Part shown: positions 35,062 through 42,227 of the stretch, in pieces
How positions within the stretch are numbered: the first letter of the stretch is position 1
How the letters are laid out: every line of letters begins with the position of its first letter
Source: Gammaproteobacteria bacterium
Lineage (GTDB): Bacteria; Pseudomonadota; Gammaproteobacteria; Pseudomonadales; Azotimanducaceae
Reading direction: 5' to 3'
NCBI GenBank assembly: GCA_013151695.1
Contig: JAADHW010000108.1
Coordinates: forward strand, 1 to 42,227
DNA length: 42,227 nt
Translations under genes and position numbers: made by a program
Notes under the pieces: generated by a model
Told to the model about the DNA's origin: nothing
Databases searched by the model: none
The model's input: the letters and a program-made list of their open reading frames with translations, nothing else

Positions 35062-38000
35062 ATGGACCCACCCCTGCTGCCTAGAACTGCCACCACTCCA
35101 CGTATAACTGATATTTTTGTTGAACGACCCGTTGTGGCAATTGTTATTTCGATGGTATTGGTGTTGATTGGTGTGCGCGCAGCGATAGAGTTACCGGTAC
35201 TGCAATACCCCAAGATAGAAAGTTCGTCGCTGGAAATAAGTACCCCGTATATTGGTGCTTCAGCAGCGACCGTGCAAGGTTTTGTCACAGAACCTATTGA
35301 GCGTGCTGCGACCTCTATACCGGGTATCGACTATGTCGATTCACAGACCAGTGCTGGAAATAGCCTGGTTACTGCATGGCTAAAACTCAACGTTGACAGC
35401 ACTGACGCCTTGGCAGAATTAAATACTCGACTCAGTCAAATACGTTTTGAACTACCCGCCGGTGCTGAAGACCCGGCAGTACGCGTGCGACGAGCAGATC
35501 GTCCGCAGGCAGGTTGGTATTTAGATGTGCCTATTCGACCCGATATGAATCGTGCATTGATTACCGATTTCCTTGTGCGTCGCATTAACCCCCAGCTCGC
35601 TGCGATTTCTGGGGTGCAAGAAGTTTTGTTAGAAGGTGGGCGTGAACCAGCTATGCGCATTTGGCTCGACCCAGATCGAATGGCTGTGTTTAACATCAGT
35701 GCCCAAGATGTGACTACTGCGCTCACGCGCAACAACATGATAGGCACCATTGGTTCCAGCGAGAATTCCGAACGTCGTATTGATCTGTTAATCGATACGA
35801 GCTTGCATGATGTGGCTGAGTTTGAAGACTTGGTTATTCGCCAAACCGAGGGCGCGTTGATTCGAATTAGAGATGTGGCGCGCGTTGCATTGGGTGCTGT
35901 TGAACCTAGAGGTACAGCCCGCACCACACAGAAACCTGCCATCTTTATTTCAGTTTGGCCGCTGCCAGGCGCCAACGAGATTGAGATCGCAGATGAGATG
36001 TACCTCATTCTCGATCGCATAAATAAGGATTTACCCGACGGGCTGGAAATTTCGATTGGCTACGATGTAACAACTTATATGCGTAATGCTTTGCGGGAAA
36101 TATTCATTACCCTGGCAGAAACTGTGCTGTTGGTCGGTTTGGTAGTTGTGTTGTTCATGGGCTCGCTGCGAACCGCGATGGTACCGCTGGTCACCATCCC
36201 CATATCGCTTCTGGGTGCCATAGGGGCGATGAGCATCATGGGTTTTTCGCTGAATTTATTAACCGTGTTGGCTGTAGTGTTATCAGTAGGGTTAGTGGTT
36301 GATGATGCGATAGTAGTGGTGGAGAACGTCGCCCGTTATATGCGCAACGGTATGAGTCGATATGAAGCTGCGCTAGCCAGCTCACGACAGTTGTTTGCCC
36401 CCATCATCGCCATGACACTAACCTTGGCGGTTGTTTATGCCCCAATAGGGTTTCTGTCTGGCTTAACTGGAGTTTTGTTTAAAGAGTTCGCCTTCACTCT
36501 GGCCATAGCTGTGATTATTTCTGGTTTTGTTGCCCTGACTTTGTCGCCGGTGATGAGTGGGTATGTGAATTCGAGACGAGCTGATGAGTCGCGCTTCACA
36601 ATTTTTGTGAACAACCTTTTTAGTGCAGCGCAAGAACGCTACCGTGTGCTGCTCGATAAATTGTTGTGTCGTAATGGTCAAGTATTGTTCGTGGCTTTTT
36701 TTATCATGTTGCTGGCTGTGCCATTTTTCCTTTTTTCTCAGAGTGAACTGGCGCCGAGAGAAGATCAAAGTGCAATTCGCGTGGTGGTCATAGCGCCACC
36801 GGAAGCGTCGTTAGATTACACAGAACGCTATATGTATGAGGTGGTGGACGTCATGTTAGCGTTGCCAGGTTCTACCGAGATGTGGCAAGTGCTGTTTGGC
36901 TCTGGCGCATTTGGCGGAATGCAGTTTGTAGACTTTAACGACCGTGACATGTCAGTACATGAAATGATGCCCATGGCGTTTCGTAACTTATCCCAAATTC
37001 AAGGTATCCGTGCTTTCCCCTTATTGGCTTCGGCATTGCCTACTGCGGGCCGCATGGATGTAGAGTTAGTGGTGATGTCCCCAGACAGTGCCAATGAGAT
37101 GTTGCCGTACTCAATTGAAATGATAAATGCAGCCCTGAAAAGTGGTGTGTTTATGTTTGCCGATACAGACTTGCGCATAGATTTACCGCAAGCTAAGTTT
37201 GAACTAAATCGTGAACGAATCGCAGATTTGGGTATGGATGTGGCGCAAGTCAGTCGGCAGTTGGCGGTGTTTTTGTCTGGTAATTTTGTTAATCGATTCG
37301 ACTATCACGGTAAGGCGTATCGAGTCATTCCCATGGTGGAGGACTTTAATCGGCTAAATCCGACAGCCCTACTCAATTTAAAAATACGCACGCCCGCGGG
37401 AGATTTAGTGCCTTTGAGTACCCTTGCTAGCCTGCGCGATACCGTGGCGCCCAGAGTGTTGGGTAAATTCGAACAAAACAATGCCTTTCGAATAACTGGT
37501 GGGGTGATACCCGGCACCACCAAGGAGCAAGCACTTTCTGTGCTTGAGCAGGCTGCGAATGACGTGCTGCCGCCAGAATATAGTATTGACTATGCCGGTG
37601 AGTCGAGACAGTTGCGAGTGGAAGGAAATACTTTGATTGGCGTGTTAGGACTTTCTTTGGTGTTTGTTTTCCTCGCCTTGGCGGTTCAATTTAATAGCTT
37701 TCGAGACCCGTTAGTGGTGCTTGTTGGCTCGGCCCCATTAGCAATTTCTGGCGCGTTAGCGTTCACCTTTTTTGGTTGGACCACAATAAATATTTATTCT
37801 CAAGTAGGTTTTATCACCTTGGTAGGGTTGATTGCGAAAAACGCAATCCTGGTGGTGGAGTTTGCTCGGCAAATGCAAATGCAAGGAATGAGCAAACTTG
37901 AAGCGATCAAGGAATCTGCGTCCACGCGCCTAAGGCCGGTGTTGATGACTACCGGAGCGACGGTGATGGGGCATTTCCCCTTAGTAATGGTGTCAGGAGC

Positions 38001-38157
38001 GGGTGCGGAAGCGCGAAATAGTATTGGCATAATATTAGTTGCCGGTATGCTCATAGGCACAACATTTACGCTCTTTATATTGCCCAGCGTCTATCTATGG
38101 TTAGCTGAACGTCATTATGCAACCTCCACGCAAACCCTTGAAGGTGCAACAACTTGA
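35062..38157 (+). CDS. RND efflux permease (AcrB family, MexI/MexW-like)
   Basis: IFVERPV, GLVVDDAIVVVEN, GLIAKNAILVVEFA, RLRPVLMT; start ATG 35062. Confidence 0.95.
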   Translation: MDPPLLPRTATTPRITDIFVERPVVAIVISMVLVLIGVRAAIELPVLQYPKIESSSLEISTPYIGASAATVQGFVTEPIERAATSIPGIDYVDSQTSAGNSLVTAWLKLNVDSTDALAELNTRLSQIRFELPAGAEDPAVRVRRADRPQAGWYLDVPIRPDMNRALITDFLVRRINPQLAAISGVQEVLLEGGREPAMRIWLDPDRMAVFNISAQDVTTALTRNNMIGTIGSSENSERRIDLLIDTSLHDVAEFEDLVIRQTEGALIRIRDVARVALGAVEPRGTARTTQKPAIFISVWPLPGANEIEIADEMYLILDRINKDLPDGLEISIGYDVTTYMRNALREIFITLAETVLLVGLVVVLFMGSLRTAMVPLVTIPISLLGAIGAMSIMGFSLNLLTVLAVVLSVGLVVDDAIVVVENVARYMRNGMSRYEAALASSRQLFAPIIAMTLTLAVVYAPIGFLSGLTGVLFKEFAFTLAIAVIISGFVALTLSPVMSGYVNSRRADESRFTIFVNNLFSAAQERYRVLLDKLLCRNGQVLFVAFFIMLLAVPFFLFSQSELAPREDQSAIRVVVIAPPEASLDYTERYMYEVVDVMLALPGSTEMWQVLFGSGAFGGMQFVDFNDRDMSVHEMMPMAFRNLSQIQGIRAFPLLASALPTAGRMDVELVVMSPDSANEMLPYSIEMINAALKSGVFMFADTDLRIDLPQAKFELNRERIADLGMDVAQVSRQLAVFLSGNFVNRFDYHGKAYRVIPMVEDFNRLNPTALLNLKIRTPAGDLVPLSTLASLRDTVAPRVLGKFEQNNAFRITGGVIPGTTKEQALSVLEQAANDVLPPEYSIDYAGESRQLRVEGNTLIGVLGLSLVFVFLALAVQFNSFRDPLVVLVGSAPLAISGALAFTFFGWTTINIYSQVGFITLVGLIAKNAILVVEFARQMQMQGMSKLEAIKESASTRLRPVLMTTGATVMGHFPLVMVSGAGAEARNSIGIILVAGMLIGTTFTLFILPSVYLWLAERHYATSTQTLEGATT

Positions 38158-38196
38158 AAGTGCAATAATTTGAAAGTGCAACAACTTGCAAGTGCA
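38138..38196 (+). repeat. 16-bp tandem repeat, about 3.7 copies
   Basis: TTGAAGGTGCAACAAC TTGAAAGTGCAATAAT TTGAAAGTGCAACAAC TTGCAAGTGCA. Confidence 0.9.
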
Positions 38197-38214
38197 TCGA
38201 TAAGAGGGCGTCAC

Positions 38215-39210
38215 TTAGATTCGATAGAAACGCCGTGCGGTTTCGCTGAACATAAACTGCTGATCTGCGTCAGCGTATTGCTGAGCAATCTTCTTTAGGG
38301 CGTTCCAGAGTATTGGGTAGCTTATAGATAACCGGTCAACGGGGAAGTTACTTTCAAACATACAGCGTTGGGGGCCAAAGCACGCTATTGCGTGGTGGTA
38401 GTAGCGCGCTTGAGCCTCTACGAATTCATCAGATGTGGGTGGTAGGTCGCGTTGATGCCAGCCAAATCCGTTGTCAGGCATAGCTAAGCCACCTAGCTTC
38501 GCCATTACGTTAGGACATTCTGCTAACGCTGCAATGTCGTCTTTCCAGATTGCAAAAATTTCTTCTCGCTGGTCTGCATATGGTCCAACCCCAAGGGGCG
38601 TACCGAAATGATCTAACACCATGGGTGTTCCAGGAACTGCTTTTGCTAATTCATAAAAATCTTTGTTCTGGTGGTGGTAGTGCCAAGTGTCATAGCTATA
38701 GCCGCGCTCACCTAGCAGAGCCACACCGCGGCGAAACTCGTCCATAGCGTACAAACCTTCGGGTGCTTGGCCCGGGATACTTAAAGCTTCTGGGTGAGGG
38801 TCTGTGGCCCCAGTGTGGCGAATGCCACGAAACAAACCTTGGCCAGCTTCTTCGTGTGCGTCCAACACTTCTTCCAACTGGTCATGGGCGAGGTCTGCTC
38901 GGCCGACAATTGCCGCGATGCTGGCTTGGTTTTTGTCTTCACTAGAGGCTTTGGCGATGCCAACCACATACTTGGTTTCACCAATGGGTTTTAGGTGTTC
39001 TGGTGCTTGTTTGTCATATTTGGATCCGCACTCTAGATAAACGGTTTGTACAACGTTGTGGCCGGCTCCGGTATCAGCCCACAGTTCGGCCAGTTCGTAG
39101 GTCCAATTTTTGCGACGCCATAGGTGATGATGCGGATCGACAATTTCGCGTGCTGGATCGATGATGGTTTCACTAACCTGCGCAAGCCATGCTTCGCTGT
39201 CTTTAGACAT
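38215..39210 (-). CDS. Amidohydrolase family protein (lactonase-like, Amidohydro_2)
   Basis: DPHHHLW, RGIRH, VLDHFG, KLGGL, RCMFESNFPVD. Confidence 0.9.
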   Translation of the reverse strand: MSKDSEAWLAQVSETIIDPAREIVDPHHHLWRRKNWTYELAELWADTGAGHNVVQTVYLECGSKYDKQAPEHLKPIGETKYVVGIAKASSEDKNQASIAAIVGRADLAHDQLEEVLDAHEEAGQGLFRGIRHTGATDPHPEALSIPGQAPEGLYAMDEFRRGVALLGERGYSYDTWHYHHQNKDFYELAKAVPGTPMVLDHFGTPLGVGPYADQREEIFAIWKDDIAALAECPNVMAKLGGLAMPDNGFGWHQRDLPPTSDEFVEAQARYYHHAIACFGPQRCMFESNFPVDRLSISYPILWNALKKIAQQYADADQQFMFSETARRFYRI

Positions 39211-39401
39211 CCTTCCCCCAAAAAAGCTAGTTGTTGTGTGAGTTCAGTGTACCTATTTGCTCGTTTTAACGGGAGGTGTGGTATTGGCATCAAAAAATGT
39301 GAACCGGGTACGCCTCTGGGTCGTTTATTGTGCGGGTCTCAGCGTTTCTGTAAGGCCTGCTTTGGTATAAATTGCCCTCCTAAATTTGGTCCGATCTGTA
39401 C

Positions 39402-40415
39402 ATGGGATTTACAGTGCGTTTATCCGCTTTACTGATAACAATTATTTGTCTTCATCTACCGCAACCCGGTTGGGCTCAAAGCTCTGGCTATGATTTGCCG
39501 GGTGGTCCGCTGCGGGTGCGTAACGTCAGCCCTATTGTGCAGCTTTATGGCTTACCCAGAATGATTGGTGCCCGGGTTCTAACTGGATCTAAAGAGATTT
39601 CTTTCAATTTAGAAGCTGCCAACAACTTTCAAAGCGATAATCGTCAAGGCACATTTGCCTTTTTTGATGGCGAAAGCTACCTGTCCAGCTACCGCATGCG
39701 TGGTCTTTGGCAGGAGGGTTTGGAGTGGGGGGTTGAAATACCCCATGTAGTGCACACGGGTGGCGGACTAGACGGGCTGGTAGATGAGTTCCATGAATTG
39801 TTTGGCCTACCCGATGGTGAACGCTCGCTTGCGTCGCGGGGACGTCTGGATTACTTGTTAAGATCTAGGGGTGTGGTTTACGCAGACTTTAGTGACAGCC
39901 GCCGCGCGCTGGGTGATGTGCGTGGGTTTGTTGGTTACCAATTGATAAACACCGAACGTGATGCGCTGGCTATACGAGGACAAATCAAGTTGCCGACTGG
40001 GAATGTTGGCGATTTGTCAGGCTCGGAAGGCACTGATATATCGATATGGGGTGAGTATGAATACAGCTTGCCTTTGAGCAATTTTAATCTGCGTTTTAGC
40101 TTGGCGGGAGGTTTGAGTTTTCTTGGTGAGGGCGAGCTTATTCCTGAAGATCAAGAAAGTTGGGTTAGTATTGGTCATGTTGGTATTCAGCTACCCCTGC
40201 ACCCGCGCTTTGAGCTGCATGCTCAATTAGATGCGCACAGTAATGTGCTGCGAACGGGCAATCCGTTGGTAGCAGATGGCGGAGTACTCGGCACGATAGG
40301 CGGGCGGGTAGGTCTTACCCGAACACTGTGGCTCGACTTTGCGCTGATCGAAGATTTAGACAACAAAAGCGCTTCGGATATCGTTTTCCAGATTATGTTA
40401 GGGACGAGATTGTAG
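39402..40415 (+). CDS. Probable outer-membrane beta-barrel protein, DUF3187-like
   Basis: Signal peptide; PLRVRN.SP, DGE, GGGLDGLVDEFHELFGLP, IKLPTG; alternating beta-strand pattern. Confidence 0.7.
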   Translation: MGFTVRLSALLITIICLHLPQPGWAQSSGYDLPGGPLRVRNVSPIVQLYGLPRMIGARVLTGSKEISFNLEAANNFQSDNRQGTFAFFDGESYLSSYRMRGLWQEGLEWGVEIPHVVHTGGGLDGLVDEFHELFGLPDGERSLASRGRLDYLLRSRGVVYADFSDSRRALGDVRGFVGYQLINTERDALAIRGQIKLPTGNVGDLSGSEGTDISIWGEYEYSLPLSNFNLRFSLAGGLSFLGEGELIPEDQESWVSIGHVGIQLPLHPRFELHAQLDAHSNVLRTGNPLVADGGVLGTIGGRVGLTRTLWLDFALIEDLDNKSASDIVFQIMLGTRL

Positions 40416-40486
40416 CTCGTACAACGTGCTAAGCTTTACCCTTTCGCGTAAGCATACTTTAGAAAATATTATGGGGAGGGCTCGCA

Positions 40487-42142
40487 ATGGCGATGCAACA
40501 TACGCCTTTGTTGATGGGGTCAATTCTAGATCGTGGCGCTAAAGTTGCGCCCAACGAAGAAATAGTCACGGCTACTACTACCGGCGTTCGTCGGCAAACT
40601 TATAAAGAAACACGAGACCGTGCGCATCAACTTGCACATGCACTTGCAGACGCTGGGGTAAAAGTAGGCGACCGGGTGGCCACATTTATGTGGAATGGTT
40701 CTCGTCATTTAGAGGCGTACCACGCTTGTGCTGGCATGGGTGCGGTGTTGCATACACTGAATGTGCGGCTTTCAGATAAAGACCTGGCATACATCATTGG
40801 TCATGCGCAAGACAAGTTGATTATTGTCGACGCTGATGTATTGCCGCTGCTAGAACTATTGAAAGATCGAATGCCAAGTGTAGAAAGGGTCATCGTAGCC
40901 ACAGAAGAAGGTTTCGAAGGTTGGTCTACCAATCTACCCAATCCAGTAGATTATGAAGCGTTTATTGAAGGCAAACCCCGCCAATATGATTGGCCCAAGA
41001 TTGATGAGAATTCCCCTTTGGGCTTGTGCTACACCAGTGGTACTACGGGCAACCCAAAAGGTGTGGAATATGAACACCGTTCTCAGTACCTCCATACCAT
41101 GGCGCAATGTATGACCGACGCCATGGCGCTTTCAGCTACAGACACAATCTGTGGCATTGTGCCAATGTTTCACGCTATGGGATGGGGTATTCCCTGGTCG
41201 GCTTTGATGCTGGGATGTAAGCAGGTCATGCCACATCGGTTTATGGACCCAGTGCGCCTGCTCGATTTGATGGTGAGTGAAGGGGTGACTTTGTCGGCTG
41301 GCGTGCCGACGATTTGGCAAGGTGTTAAGGGGTTGTACGAAGCGCAGCCATCCCAATATGACCTGTCACAACTTTCGCGTCTGACCTGTGGTGGAAGTTC
41401 TCCTCCGCCTTCACTGATTCGTTGGTACTGGGATACTTTGGGTGTAGAAATGATCCAGGGTTGGGGTATGACTGAAACCTCTCCCTTGGCTACTTTGTCG
41501 CGACGAGTGATGAAAAGATCGCAACTCGAACTCTCTGAAGATGAACAGTTTGAAAACGTTGCTAAAGCCGGCCAACTGATGCCGGGTATTGAGCTGGAAA
41601 TATTCGACGAAGACTTCAATCCCTTACCCCATGACGGCGAAGCTGTGGGAGAAATTCTTATTCGTGGTCCTTGGATTTGTTCCGAATATTATAATGATCC
41701 GCAACCCGAGAAATTTCATGAAGGTTGGCTGATCACAGGTGATGTGGGGAAAATCGATGCTGAGGAATATTTGATTATCAGTGATCGTTCCAAAGACCTG
41801 GTGAAGAGTGGTGGTGAATGGATCTCTTCTGTTGACTTAGAAAACCATATTGTTGCGTTGGCGGGGGTTGCACAGGCTTGTGTGGTCGCTCAGCCACATC
41901 CTCGGTGGGACGAACGTCCGGTGGCGCTAATTATATTGGAAGAGGGCGCGCAGGTCACAGCCGAACAAGTAATCGAACATTGCGCAACCGCATTTGCTAA
42001 ATGGCAGTTGCCGGATGATGTTCTATACGTTGACAGTATCCCCCTAACCTCTACCGGAAAAATGAATAAGAAGGTGGTGCGTGCCGATTTGGATGCCAAG
42101 GGCTATCAGTTGCCTGATTTGCGCACAGTACCCCCAGGCTAA
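40487..42142 (+). CDS. Fatty-acid--CoA ligase (AlkK/DmdB-like AMP-binding enzyme)
   Basis: HTLNVRL, YTSGTTGNPKG, VPMFH, AGVPT, QGWGMTETSP, TGD, DRSKDLVKSGGEWISS, TGK. Confidence 0.95.
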   Translation: MAMQHTPLLMGSILDRGAKVAPNEEIVTATTTGVRRQTYKETRDRAHQLAHALADAGVKVGDRVATFMWNGSRHLEAYHACAGMGAVLHTLNVRLSDKDLAYIIGHAQDKLIIVDADVLPLLELLKDRMPSVERVIVATEEGFEGWSTNLPNPVDYEAFIEGKPRQYDWPKIDENSPLGLCYTSGTTGNPKGVEYEHRSQYLHTMAQCMTDAMALSATDTICGIVPMFHAMGWGIPWSALMLGCKQVMPHRFMDPVRLLDLMVSEGVTLSAGVPTIWQGVKGLYEAQPSQYDLSQLSRLTCGGSSPPPSLIRWYWDTLGVEMIQGWGMTETSPLATLSRRVMKRSQLELSEDEQFENVAKAGQLMPGIELEIFDEDFNPLPHDGEAVGEILIRGPWICSEYYNDPQPEKFHEGWLITGDVGKIDAEEYLIISDRSKDLVKSGGEWISSVDLENHIVALAGVAQACVVAQPHPRWDERPVALIILEEGAQVTAEQVIEHCATAFAKWQLPDDVLYVDSIPLTSTGKMNKKVVRADLDAKGYQLPDLRTVPPG

Positions 42143-42227
42143 CGGATTGAATTCATAATCATGGGTGACAGGTAGCGACGGCTCTCTTGTCCACCTCTAT
42201 ACGCTGGGTTTGTGGTGCAACGCTGAC

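Noticed and set aside
35436-36020. 194-aa antisense ORF, and the many other short antisense ORFs in the track
   Set aside because: They lie within well-supported genes on the opposite strand or frame and show no recognisable motifs.
38138-38196. Tandem repeat as a CRISPR array
   Set aside because: Units are 16 bp and contiguous with no unique spacers; no cas genes in the window.
39285-39315. Possible sigma54 or CRP sites in the amidohydrolase/DUF3187 spacer
   Set aside because: Only half-sites (TGGCAT, TGTGA) without a properly spaced partner.
42143-42227. Possible 3' end of a minus-strand gene at the window edge
   Set aside because: Too short to choose a frame or recognise a product.

Overview
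A gene-dense chromosomal segment of a gammaproteobacterium; gene content suggests a marine, lipid-degrading Pseudomonadales-like organism (inference). No rRNA, tRNA, CRISPR array or mobile element was recognised. It contains a Pseudomonas-like core block (nadA, bepA, tusA, perM-like, dapA, bamC, MBL hydrolase, cnoX) and fatty-acid/CoA catabolic genes. bepA and cnoX each carry an apparent frameshift. Two accessory systems stand out. (1) An operon with overlapping genes, FHA - PP2C phosphatase - membrane Ser/Thr kinase fused to an FGE-sulfatase (TagR-like) domain - TpsB/Omp85 barrel - small secreted protein. It resembles the T6SS threonine-phosphorylation switch but is linked to a two-partner-secretion-type pore, whose unusual N-terminal extension shares a [DE]-x-T-x-x-R motif with the kinase. 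(2) A dedicated exosortase plus a VIT-vWA target with an APEP-TM-basic tail, divergent from a CreBC-like two-component system. Non-coding signals include a DnaA-box cluster with an IHF-like site away from any oriC gene, a sigma54 promoter upstream of an unannotated 57-aa membrane peptide and pspC, a CRP-like palindrome and a 16-bp tandem repeat. All family assignments are from motif recognition by eye, not database searches.
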